A stretch of 64,000 nucleotides of DNA from Balanoglossus misakiensis (GCA_040954595.2 CM082590.2:6882001-6946000); one strand, 5' to 3'; shown: positions 13,646-26,147, counted from the stretch's first letter. The notes: a model not told the origin generated them from the sequence alone. Numbers and translations: made by a program.

Positions 13646-15676
13646 AGTATAGAGAGAGACCAGCCTACAAGTCTAGTATAGAGAGAGACCAGCCTACAAG
13701 TCTAGTATAGAGAGAGACCAGCCTACAAGTCTAGTATAGAGAGAGACCAGCCTACAAGACTAGTATAGAGAGAGACCAGCCTACAAGACTAGTATAGAGA
13801 GAGACCAGCCTACAAGACTAGTATAGAGAGAGACCAGCCTACAAGACTAGTATAGAGAGAGACCAGCCTACAAGTCTAGTATAGAGAGAGACCAGCCTAC
13901 AAGACTAGTATAGAGAGAGACCAGCCTACAAGACTAGTATAGAGAGAGACCAGCCTACAAGTCTAGTATAGAGAGAGACCAGCCTACAAGTCTAGTATAG
14001 AGAGAGACCAGCCTACAAGTCTAGTATAGAGAGAGACCAGCCTACAAGACTAGTATAGAGAGAGACCAGCCTACAAGACTAGTATAGAGAGAGACCAGCC
14101 TACAAGACTAGTATAGAGAGAGACCAGCCTACAAGACTAGTATAGAGAGAGACCAGCCTACAAGTCTAGTATAGAGAGAGACCAGCCTACAAGACTAGTA
14201 TAGAGAGAGACCAGCCTACAAGTCTAGTATAGAGAGAGACCAGCCTACAAGACTAGTATAGAGAGAGACCAGCCTACAAGACTAGTATAGAGAGAGACCA
14301 GCCTACAAGTCTAGTATAGAGAGAGACCAGCCTACAAGTCTAGTATAGAGAGAGACCAGCCTACAAGTCTAGTATAGAGAGAGACCAGCCTACAAGTCTA
14401 GTATAGAGAGAGACCAGCCTACAAGTCTAGTATAGAGAGAGACCAGCCTACAAGTCTAGTATAGAGAGAGACCAGCCTACAAGTCTAGTATAGAGAGAGA
14501 CCAGCCTACAAGTCTAGTATAGAGAGAGACCAGCCTACAAGACTAGTATAGAGAGAGACCAGCCTACAAGTCTAGTATAGAGAGAGACCAGCCTACAAGT
14601 CTAGTATAGAGAGAGACCAGCCTACAAGTCTAGTATAGAGAGAGACCAGCCTACAAGTCTAGTATAGAGAGAGACCAGCCTACAAGACTAGTATAGAGAG
14701 AGACCAGCCTACAAGTCTAGTAAAGAGAGAGACCAGCCTACAAGTCTAGTAAAGAGAGAGACCAGCCTACAAGACTAGTATAGAGAGAGACCAGCCTACA
14801 AGTCTAGTATAGAGAGAGACCAGCCTACAAGTCTAGTATAGAGAGAGACCAGCCTACAAGTCTAGTATAGAGAGAGACCAGCCTACAAGTCTAGTATAGA
14901 GAGAGACCAGCCTACAAGTCTAGTATAGAGAGAGACCAGCCTACAAGTCTAGTATAGAGAGAGACCAGCCTACAAGACTAGTAAAGAGAGAGACCAGCCT
15001 ACAAGACTAGTATAGAGAGAGACCAGCCTACAAGTCTAGTATAGAGAGAGACCAGCCTACAAGTCTAGTATAGAGAGAGACCAGCCTACAAGTCTAGTAT
15101 AGAGAGAGACCAGCCTACAAGTCTAGTATAGAGAGAGACCAGCCTACAAGACTAGTATAGAGAGAGACCAGCCTACAAGTCTAGTATAGAGAGAGACCAG
15201 CCTACAAGTCTAGTATAGAGAGAGACCAGCCTACAAGACTAGTATAGAGAGAGACCAGCCTACAAGTCTAGTATAGAGAGAGACCAGCCTACAAGACTAG
15301 TATAGAGAGAGACCAGCCTACAAGTCTAGTATAGAGAGAGACCAGCCTACAAGTCTAGTATAGAGAGAGACCAGCCTACAAGTCTAGTATAGAGAGAGAC
15401 CAGCCTACAAGACTAGTATAGAGAGAGACCAGCCTACAAGACTAGTATAGAGAGAGACCAGCCTACAAGACTAGTATAGAGAGAGACCAGCCTACAAGTC
15501 TAGTATAGAGAGAGACCAGCCTACAAGTCTAGTAAAGAGAGAGACCAGCCTACAAGTCTAGTATAGAGAGAGACCAGCCTACAAGTCTAGTAAAGAGAGA
15601 GACCAGCCTACAAGTCTAGTATAGAGAGAGACCAGCCTACAAGTCTAGTATAGAGAGAGACCAGCCTACAAGACTA
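13646..15676. repeat. 29-bp satellite (~70 units) TATAGAGAGAGACCAGCCTACAAG(T/A)CTAG at the centre of the foldback
   Basis: Near-perfect tandem units. The only variants are gtcta/gacta and an occasional tata/taaa. Confidence 0.98.
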
Positions 15677-15720
15677 ATAAATTGTACTGTACACAATAAC
15701 AAATCACATGAAACTTACTT

Positions 15721-15899
15721 TTTATTGTCTAGAATAATACTCAATACAGGTTTCAAAAAGACAATTCAAATAATTCAGTTCTTCAATCTCAGATGTACAG
15801 CAAGTAACAATAATACAAAAAATAATTCAAGTAAACACCATGACTGTTGAAACCTTGGTGGAAATGCAATCTTCGGAACTCATCCACTGGAACACCATC
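15721..15899 (-). pseudogene. CHMP5: CHMP5 last-exon remnant and 3'UTR
   Basis: Minus strand reads ccatttgacAG|GAT GGT GTT CCA GTG GAT GAG TT.CCG AAG ATT, i.e. DGVPVDEF then a frameshift to PKI, matching the CHMP5 terminus recalled as DGVLVDEFGLPQIP. The phase-0 junction fits the upstream exon ending TNK. Minus-strand AATAAA at 15721-15726. Confidence 0.7.
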
Positions 15900-15982
15900 C
15901 TGTCAAATGGAAATAGGAGTGTCATTCAAGAATCAGAGGAAATGCACCGAGTAACACAAACACATTGAAATGAAAGTCTTTT

Positions 15983-18900
15983 GAAAGTAATTTGAGGTAC
16001 AAGTCTAAAATAAAATTGAGAAAACGTGGCTCTGCAAAAGTCTAAAACTAAATTAAGAAACAAGTCTAAAAGTAATTTGAGGAACAAGTCTATAAGTAAT
16101 TTGGGGAACAAGTCTATAAGTAATTTGGGGAACAAGTCTAAAACTAAATTAAGAAACAAGTCTATAAGTAATTTGAGGAACAAGTCTACAATTAATTTGG
16201 GGAACAAAAGTCTAAAACTAAATTATAAAACAAGTCTAAAACTAAATTATAAAACAAGTCTAAAACTAAATTAAGAAACAAGTCTAAAAGTAATTTGAGG
16301 AACAAGTCTACAATTAATTTGGGGAACAAGTCTACAATTAATTTGGGGAACAAGTCTAAAAGTAATTTGAGGAACAAGTCTACAATTAATTTGGGGAACA
16401 AGTCTAAAAGTAATTTGAGGAACAAGTCTAAAAGTAATTTGAGGAACAAGTCTACAATTAATTTGGGGAACAAGTCTAAAACTAAATTAAGAAACAAGTC
16501 TAAAAGTAATTTGAGGAACAAGTCTACAATTAATTTGGGGAAGAAGTCTTAAATTAATTTGGGGAACAAGTCTACAATTAATTTAGGGAACAAGTCTTAA
16601 ATTAATTTGGGGAACAAGTCTACAATTAATTTGGGGAACAAGTCTAAATCTAAATTAAGAAACAAGTCTATAAGTAATTTGAGGACCAAGTCTACAATTA
16701 ATTTGGGGAACAAAAGTCTAAAACTAAATTATAAAACAAGTCTAAAACTAAATTATAAAACAAGTCTAAAACTAAATTAAAACTAAAAGTAATTTGCGAA
16801 ACAAGTCTACAAGTAATTTGAGGACCAAGTCTACAATTAATTTGGGGAACAAAAGTCTAAAACTAAATTATAAAACAAGTCTAAAACTAAATTAAAACTA
16901 AAAGTAATTTGCGAAACAAGTCTAAAAGTAATTTGGGGAACAAGTCTACAATTAATTTGGGGAACAAGTCTAAAAGTAATTTAAGAAACAAGTCTAAAAG
17001 TAATTTGCGAAACAAGTCTTAAATTAATTTGGGGAACAAGTCTAAAAGTAATTTGCGAAACAAGTCTACAATTAATTTGCGAAACAAGTCTACAATTAAT
17101 TTGGGGAACAAGTCTAAAACTAAATTAAGAAACAAGTCTAAAAGTAATTTGCGAAACAAGTCTACAATTAATTTGCGAAACAAGTCTACAATTAATTTGG
17201 GGAACAAGTCTAAAACTAAATTAAGAAACAAGTCTAAAAGTAATTTGAGGAACAAGTCTACAATTAATTTGGGGAACAAGTCTTAAATTAATTTGGGGAA
17301 CAAGTCTAAAAGTAATTTGAGGAACAAGTCTACAATTAATTTGGGGAACAAGTCTAAAACTAAATTAAGAAACAAGTCTACAATTAATTTGGGGAACAAG
17401 TCTACAATTAATTTGGGGAACAAGTCTTAAATTAATTTGGGGAACAAGTCTAAAAGTAATTTGAGGAACAAGTCTACAATTAATTTGGGGAACAAGTCTA
17501 AAACTAAATTAAGAAACAAGTCTAAAAGTAATTTGCGAAACAAGTCTACAATTAATTTGGGGAACAAGTCTAAAACTAAATTAAGAAACAAGTCTCAAAG
17601 TAATTTGAGGAACAAGTCTACAATTAATTTGGAGAACAAGTCTAAAACTAAATTAAGAAACAAGTCTCAAAGTAATTTGCGAAACAAGTCTACAATTAAT
17701 TTGGGGAACAAGTCTAAAACTAAATTAAGAAACAAGTCTAAAAGTAATTTGAGGAACAAGTCTACAATTAATTTGGGGAACAAGTCTTAAATTAATTTGG
17801 GGAACAAGTCTAAAAGTAATTTGAGGAACAAGTCTACAATTAATTTGGGGAACAAGTCTAAAACTAAATTAAGAAACAAGTCTACAATTAATTTGCGAAA
17901 CAAGTCTACAATTAATTTGGGGAACAAGTCTAAAACTAAATTAAGAAACAAGTCTAAAAGTAATTTGAGGAACAAGTCTACAATTAATTTGGGGAACAAG
18001 TCTACAATTAATTTGGGGAACAAGTCTTAAATTAATTTGGGGAACAAGTCTAAAAGTAATTTGAGGAACAAGTCTACAATTAATTTGGGGAACAAGTCTA
18101 AAACTAAATTAAGAAACAAGTCTACAATTAATTTGGGGAACAAGTCTACAATTAATTTGGGGAACAAGTCTTAAATTAATTTGGGGAACAAGTCTAAAAG
18201 TAATTTGAGGAACAAGTCTACAATTAATTTGGGGAACAAGTCTAAAACTAAATTAAGAAACAAGTCTACAATTAATTTGGGGAACAAGTCTACAATTAAT
18301 TTGGGGAACAAGTCTTAAATTAATTTGGGGAACAAGTCTAAAAGTAATTTGAGGAACAAGTCTACAATTAATTTGGGGAACAAGTCTAAAACTAAATTAA
18401 GAAACAAGTCTAAAAGTAATTTGCGAAACAAGTCTACAATTAATTTGGGGAACAAGTCTAAAACTAAATTAAGAAACAAGTCTCAAAGTAATTTGAGGAA
18501 CAAGTCTACAATTAATTTGGAGAACAAGTCTAAAACTAAATTAAGAAACAAGTCTCAAAGTAATTTGCGAAACAAGTCTACAATTAATTTGGGGAACAAG
18601 TCTAAAACTAAATTAAGAAACAAGTCTAAAAGTAATTTGAGGAACAAGTCTACAATTAATTTGGGGAACAAGTCTTAAATTAATTTGGGGAACAAGTCTA
18701 AAAGTAATTTGAGGAACAAGTCTACAATTAATTTGGGGAACAAGTCTAAAACTAAATTAAGAAACAAGTCTACAATTAATTTGCGAAACAAGTCTACAAT
18801 TAATTTGGGGAACAAGTCTAAAACTAAATTAAGAAACAAGTCTAAAAGTAATTTGAGGAACAAGTCTACAATTAATTTGGGGAACAAGTCTACAATTAAT

Positions 18901-21900
18901 TTGGGGAACAAGTCTTAAATTAATTTGGGGAACAAGTCTAAAAGTAATTTGAGGAACAAGTCTACAATTAATTTGGGGAACAAGTCTAAAACTAAATTAA
19001 GAAACAAGTCTACAATTAATTTGGGGAACAAGTCTACAATTAATTTGGGGAACAAGTCTTAAATTAATTTGGGGAACAAGTCTAAAAGTAATTTGAGGAA
19101 CAAGTCTACAATTAATTTGGGGAACAAGTCTAAAACTAAATTAAGAAACAAGTCTAAAAGTAATTTGCGAAACAAGTCTACAATTAATTTGGGGAACAAG
19201 TCTAAAACTAAATTAAGAAACAAGTCTCAAAGTAATTTGAGGAACAAGTCTACAATTAATTTGGAGAACAAGTCTAAAACTAAATTAAGAAACAAGTCTC
19301 AAAGTAATTTGAGGAACAAGTCTACAATTAATTTGGAGAACAAGTCTAAAACTAAATTAAGAAACAAGTCTAAAAGTAATTTGAGGAACAAGTCTACAAT
19401 TAATTTGGGGAACAAGTCTTAAATTAATTTGGGGAACAAGTCTTAAATTAATTTGGGGAACAAGTCTAAAAGTAATTTGAGGAACAAGTCTACAATTAAT
19501 TTGGGGAACAAGTCTAAAACTAAATTAAGAAACAAGTCTAAAAGTAATTTGCGAAACAAGTCTACAATTAATTTGGGGAACAAGTCTAAAACTAAATTAA
19601 GAAACAAGTCTCAAAGTAATTTGAGGAACAAGTCTACAATTAATTTGGAGAACAAGTCTAAAACTAAATTAAGAAACAAGTCTCAAAGTAATTTGAGGAA
19701 CAAGTCTACAATTAATTTGGAGAACAAGTCTAAAACTAAATTAAGAAACAAGTCTAAAAGTAATTTGAGGAACAAGTCTACAATTAATTTGGGGAACAAG
19801 TCTTAAATTAATTTGGGGAACAAGTCTTAAATTAATTTGGGGAACAAGTCTAAAAGTAATTTGAGGAACAAGTCTACAATTAATTTGGGGAACAAGTCTT
19901 AAATTAATTTGGGGAACAAGTCTTAAATTAATTTGGGGAACAAGTCTAAAAGTAATTTGAGGAACAAGTCTACAATTAATTTGGGGAACAAGTCTAAAAC
20001 TAAATTAAGAAACAAGTCTACAATTAATTTGGGGAACAAGTCTACAATTAATTTGGGGAACAAGTCTACAATTAATTTGGGGAACAAGTCTTAAATTAAT
20101 TTGGGGAACAAGTCTAAAAGTAATTTGAGGAACAAGTCTACAATTAATTTGGGGAACAAGTCTAAAACTAAATTAGGAAACAAGTCTAAAAGTAATTTGC
20201 GAAACAAGTCTACAATTAATTTGGGGAACAAGTCTAAAACTAAATTAAGAAACAAGTCTCAAAGTAATTTGAGGAACAAGTCTACAATTAATTTGGAGAA
20301 CAAGTCTAAAACTAAATTAAGAAACAAGTCTAAAAGTAATTTGAGGAACAAGTCTACAATTAATTTGAGAAACAAGTCTAAAACTAAATTTAGAAACAAG
20401 TCTAAAAGTAATTTGAGAAATCTAAAATTAATATGCGAAACAAGTCTACAATTAATTTGCGAAACAAGTCTAAAACTAAATTAAGAAACAAGTCTAAAAG
20501 TAATTTGAGGAACAAGTCTACAATTAATTTGGGGAACAAGTCTACAATTAATTTGGGGAACAAGTCTTAAATTAATTTGGGGAACAAGTCTAAAAGTAAT
20601 TTGAGGAACAAGTCTACAATTAATTTGGGGAACAAGTCTAAAACTAAATTAAGAAACAAGTCTACAATTAATTTGGGGAACAAGTCTACAATTAATTTGG
20701 GGAACAAGTCTTAAATTAATTTGGGGAACAAGTCTAAAAGTAATTTGAGGAACAAGTCTACAATTAATTTGGGGAACAAGTCTAAAACTAAATTAAGAAA
20801 CAAGTCTAAAAGTAATTTGCGAAACAAGTCTACAATTAATTTGGGGAACAAGTCTAAAACTAAATTAAGAAACAAGTCTCAAAGTAATTTGCGAAACAAG
20901 TCTACAATTAATTTGGGGAACAAGTCTAAAACTAAATTAAGAAACAAGTCTCAAAGTAATTTGAGGAACAAGTCTACAATTAATTTGGAGAACAAGTCTA
21001 AAACTAAATTAAGAAACAAGTCTAAAAGTAATTTGAGGAACAAGTCTACAATTAATTTGAGAAACAAGTCTAAAACTAAATTTAGAAACAAGTCTAAAAG
21101 TAATTTGAGAAATCTAAAATTAATATGCGAAACAAGTCTACAATTAATTTGCGAAACAAGTCTAAAACTAAATTAAGAAACAAGTCTAAAAGTAATTTGA
21201 GGAACAAGTCTACAATTAATTTGGGGAACAAGTCTACAATTAATTTGGGGAACAAGTCTTAAATTAATTTGGGGAACAAGTCTAAAAGTAATTTGAGGAA
21301 CAAGTCTACAATTAATTTGGGGAACAAGTCTAAAACTAAATTAAGAAACAAGTCTACAATTAATTTGGGGAACAAGTCTACAATTAATTTGGGGAACAAG
21401 TCTTAAATTAATTTGGGGAACAAGTCTAAAAGTAATTTGAGGAACAAGTCTACAATTAATTTGGGGAACAAGTCTTTAATTAATTTGGGGAACAAGTCTT
21501 AAATTAATTTGGGGAACAAGTCTAAAAGTAATTTGAGGAACAAGTCTACAATTAATTTGGGGAACAAGTCTTAAATTAATTTGGGGAACAAGTCTTAAAT
21601 TAATTTGGGGAACAAGTCTAAAAGTAATTTGAGGAACAAGTCTACAATTAATTTGGGGAACAAGTCTTAAATTAATTTGGGGAACAAGTCTTAAATTAAT
21701 TTGGGGAACAAGTCTAAAAGTAATTTGAGGAACAAGTCTACAATTAATTTGGGGAACAAGTCTAAAACTAAATTAAGAAACAAGTCTAAAAGTAATTTGC
21801 GAAACAAGTCTACAATTAATTTGGGGAACAAGTCTAAAACTAAATTAAGAAACAAGTCTCAAAGTAATTTGAGGAACAAGTCTACAATTAATTTGGAGAA

Positions 21901-23059
21901 CAAGTCTAAAACTAAATTAAGAAACAAGTCTCAAAGTAATTTGAGGAACAAGTCTACAATTAATTTGGAGAACAAGTCTAAAACTAAATTAAGAAACAAG
22001 TCTAAAAGTAATTTGAGGAACAAGTCTACAATTAATTTGGGGAACAAGTCTTAAATTAATTTGGGGAACAAGTCTTAAATTAATTTGGGGAACAAGTCTA
22101 AAAGTAATTTGAGGAACAAGTCTACAATTAATTTGGGGAACAAGTCTTAAATTAATTTGGGGAACAAGTCTTAAATTAATTTGGGGAACAAGTCTAAAAG
22201 TAATTTGAGGAACAAGTCTACAATTAATTTGGGGAACAAGTCTAAAACTAAATTAAGAAACAAGTCTACAATTAATTTGGGGAACAAGTCTACAATTAAT
22301 TTGGGGAACAAGTCTACAATTAATTTGGGGAACAAGTCTTAAATTAATTTGGGGAACAAGTCTAAAAGTAATTTGAGGAACAAGTCTACAATTAATTTGG
22401 GGAACAAGTCTAAAACTAAATTAGGAAACAAGTCTAAAAGTAATTTGCGAAACAAGTCTACAATTAATTTGGGGAACAAGTCTAAAACTAAATTAAGAAA
22501 CAAGTCTCAAAGTAATTTGAGGAACAAGTCTACAATTAATTTGGAGAACAAGTCTAAAACTAAATTAAGAAACAAGTCTAAAAGTAATTTGAGGAACAAG
22601 TCTACAATTAATTTGAGAAACAAGTCTAAAACTAAATTTAGAAACAAGTCTAAAAGTAATTTGAGAAATCTAAAATTAATATGCGAAACAAGTCTACAAT
22701 TAATTTGCGAAACAAGTCTAAAACTAAATTAAGAAACAAGTCTAAAAGTAATTAGAGGAACAAGTCTAAAATTAATTTGGGGAACAAGTCTAAAATTAAT
22801 TTGGGGAACAAGTCTGAAATTAATTTGAGAAACAAGTCTACAATTAATTTGAGAAACAAGTCTAAAACTAAATTTAGAAACAAGTCTAAAAGTAATTTGA
22901 GAAATCTAAAATTAATATGCGAAACAAGTCTACAATTAATTTGCGAAACAAGTCTAAAACTAAATTAAGAAACAAGTCTAAAAGTAATTAGATGAACAAG
23001 TCTAAAATTAATTTGGGGAACAAGTCTAAAATTAATTTGGGGAACAAGTCTGAAAGTAA
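15983..23059. repeat. 24-bp satellite array (~295 units), inverted relative to 2842-13300
   Basis: Unit AACAAGTCTACAATTAATTTGGGG. Carries a private variant 'tcttaaatt'. Higher-order periods of 888, 384 and 2248 bp are shown by identical ORFs at 17437/18325, 19069/19453, 19453/21701 and 20101/22349. Confidence 0.98.
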
Positions 23060-24990
23060 TAGCACAGATGTAGACGGCCATTTTGAACCTCAAATTTGGC
23101 GGCCATTTTGAATGTCATACACTTAGCATAGATGTAGACGGCCATTTTGAACTTCAAATTTGGCAGCCATTTTGAAAGTAATATACAAGACAATTTTAGC
23201 AAGACCCCTTAATTTTATGAGTAAATCAAAAGTTATTCTGGGCAATAAAAGAAGATTAAAGCTTCCTGAAGCGAACAACCTGATAAAAATCCTTCCTCTT
23301 AATTTTCTCCATACTAGCGGCACATTAAACTTTTCTCCTATACTTGGACTAACATGGGAAATGTATCGTTTCAAGGAAAGTGACAATATCTTACCTTATT
23401 CGTAGCCACACTGTCTGCTCCAGGCTCTGCTGGTGCATCAAGTTACATCGCATCGTCATCCAGTCCAATCTCATCCCCAAGAGCATCCAATCCTGCAAGA
23501 ATAAATTTGATCATTTTACAAGTGAAGTGTAGGAGGTCACCATTTGCAAAACTCAACCTGAAATCATACACACGTACACACCACGGACCCGCAGAGTCCG
23601 ACTAAAATTTGCGTGAATTGACGCACAACACGGGCCCTAGTCAAAGTTAGCTAGCTTACCCTTCTATCGCTCGACGCTCATCCAAGATTTGAAAGCATGT
23701 CAGAAGCGTTTCATGGACACATCACGCACAAATTCATGAACAGAAGAAACAGACCGCACGCAAAGCCTTCACAAATATACATGCAGCCATTTTGAACTGT
23801 GATAGGTCAGAGGTCAAAGTACACGTTGAAGGGAAAACTCATAATCAGTCGTGTGCGGGCGCTCTGGAATGAGACAGACTTCGCCCCCAGAACCAGCGTC
23901 GTATAAAGGCGGAGGCCGATCTTGTTCCCCCAAAACAGCAAAAGCAATGTCTTGCTTTTTTTTCTTCTTAAATCATTTTTGCTTTAGTTGTTTCCAAGAC
24001 TTACTATTTTTTTTCTTTAGTAAGACTTATTTTTTTCAAGTACGCGAGGACGTCTGCTTCTGTATTGAGAAAAGAAAATTCTAAAAAGTGCACCGTGTAA
24101 ATACTACAAAAAAATTCGGATCGTGTCTATCCACTAAAAAAATGTCACGGCGCGTTAAAAGTTATCTGCTGAAAAAATTAAACTTGAGATTAAAATTATC
24201 TGCGCTACAATTAAAGTCAACTTGAAACTTGCGCTTAAAAATTTACGAAGATATCTACACGCGCACAAAAACTTGCATCGGAAATAAAGAAAATTGAACG
24301 AAGATACTGAGATTTTATACATCCAACACGAAGCGGCCCAGATTAGTTGCGAAGCGGTTTTAGTTTTATTACTAAACAAGGGCATTGACGGACAACGTCA
24401 TGGTGCGGTCGGCTGTTTTCACCTTGAATACCGAGGCGTGAGCGCTGCTGATTTTGGAGTGAACGCGGTGCCAATTTCTTTTTACAATCACCCATCAATT
24501 TTTTTGTCTAGTTAAACTCAAATAATTACAATGGTTAAGAAAGTCAGAAAAATTCCAAGAGACAATTTTGAGAGCATATAGGCCTAGTCCTTTTGAACGT
24601 CAAATTTGGCGGCCATTTTGAAAGTCAAAGGTAGTTAAACTGAAATAATTACAATGGTTAAGAAAGTCAGAAAATTCCAAGAGACCATTTTAAGAGCATT
24701 TAGTCAGTATGAATAATTGTGTGAAAATTTGGTGGACTTTCAATCATTGTTTCTGGGTTGTACAAGATATGCAAGTATAAATGTGTCAAAATAACAAACT
24801 GGGAGAATTTCCAAACAATTGATTTCAGTGATCAAGAAATCTTTTTTTTTTTTTTTTGCTTTTAAAATTGAACACATCTTACGCGTAAAACGTTGATAGA
24901 CTGCACCTATCTCCGTACAGAGATTGTAGCGCGTGGATAATTCTAACCTAGCTAGAAGGTGCGACCAGACCCCCTAGCTGCGGAGAATGT
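23060..24990. repeat. Right unique arm of the giant inverted repeat
   Basis: Reverse complement of 1-2710 with scattered substitutions. Lacks the MITE and two short segments present in the left arm. Confidence 0.95.
23395..23492 (-). pseudogene. CHMP5: Second (inverted) copy of the CHMP5 penultimate-exon remnant
   Basis: Reverse complement of 1809-1906 including both splice sites and the same TAA. Collinear on the minus strand with the last exon at 15899, so the 24-bp satellite lies inside the intervening intron. Confidence 0.75.
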
Positions 24991-25007
24991 CATTTGATCA
25001 ACGTGTT

Positions 25008-25916
25008 CGGGGAACAAGTGTAAAATTAATTTGGGGAACAAGTCTACAATTAATTTGAGAAACAAGTCTAAAACTAAATTAAGAAACAAGTCTAAAAGTA
25101 ATTTAAGGAACAAGTCTAAAATAAATTTGGGGAACAAGTGTAAAATTAATTTGGGGAACAAGTCTACAATTAATTTGAGAAACAAGTCTAAAACTAAATT
25201 AAGAAACAAGTCTAAAAGTAATTTAAGGAACAAGTCTAAAATAAATTTGGGGAACAAGTGTAAAATTAATTTGGGGAACAAGTCTACAATTAATTTGAGA
25301 AACAAGTCTAAAACTAAATTAAGAAACAAGTCTAAAAGTAATTTAAGGAACAAGTCTAAAATAAATTTGGGGAACAAGTGTAAAATTAATTTGGGGAACA
25401 AGTCTACAATTAATTTGAGAAACAAGTCTAAAACTAAATTAAGAAACAAGTCTAAAAGTAATTTAAGGAACAAGTCTAAAATAAATTTGGGGAACAAGTG
25501 TAAAATTAATTTGGGGAACAAGTCTAAAATTAATTTGAGAAACAAGTCTAAAAGTAATTTAAGGAACAAGTCTAAAATAAATTTGGGGAACAAGTCTAAA
25601 ATTAATTTGGGGAACAAGTCTACAATTAATTTGAGAAACAAGTCTAAAACTAAATTAAGAAACAAGTCTAACATTAATTTGGGGAACAAGTCTAAAATTA
25701 ATTTGAGAAACAAGTCTAAAACTAAATTAAGAAACAAGTCTAAAAGTAATTTAAGGAACAAGTCTAAAATTAATTTGGGGAACAAGTCTAAAATAAATTT
25801 GGGGAACAAGTCTACAAGTAATTTAAGGAACAAGTCTAAAACTAAATTAAGGAACAAGTCTAAAATAAATTTGGGGAACAAGTCTAAAATAAATTTGGGG
25901 AACAAGTCTACAATTT
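25008..25916. repeat. Third 24-bp satellite array (~38 units) with a 120-bp (5-mer) higher-order repeat
   Basis: Sequence lines starting at 25021, 25141, 25261 and 25381 are identical. Same orientation as 15983-23059. Confidence 0.97.
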
Positions 25917-25989
25917 GAGACTAAGTCACGTGACCTGATCGTCGGGCGTGTCCCACTAGACGGACAATTTGCTCAGCTTCCATTGGATT

Positions 25990-26065
25990 GTTTCGGTGGT
26001 CCAGTGGCATGGGAGGAGAGCTTACCGACGATCTTCGGGTCCCGGGTTCGAATCTCGACGTGACT
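25990..26065 (+). other. tRNA-like Pol III promoter remnant (tRNA pseudogene or SINE head)
   Basis: A-box TGGTCCAGTGG (25997-26007) and B-box GGTTCGAATC (26045-26054) within a CGGG-TTCGAAT-CTCG T-arm. The anticodon arm and acceptor stem do not fold well. Confidence 0.5.
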
Positions 26066-26147
26066 GTGACGAGCTGGGCGATACCCTGGCCCGGGCGGGA
26101 CGCTGGGCGGAGGAAAGAGGGGCCCTGACCTCTTTCCGCTGGGGGCT

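Noticed and set aside
13646-15676. CRISPR-like 29-bp repeat
   Set aside because: Units are directly adjacent with no unique spacers, there are no cas genes, and the context is eukaryotic.
1-24990. Foldback as a sequencing or assembly chimera
   Set aside because: The arms differ by many substitutions, indels, a MITE with TSD and different satellite variants, which a read-level foldback would not produce. Read validation is still advisable.
16026-25918. Short repeat ORFs in the right and outer arrays
   Set aside because: Same satellite translation artefact.
25990-26065. Functional tRNA gene
   Set aside because: The D/anticodon arms and acceptor stem do not pair convincingly, so it is kept only as tRNA-like.
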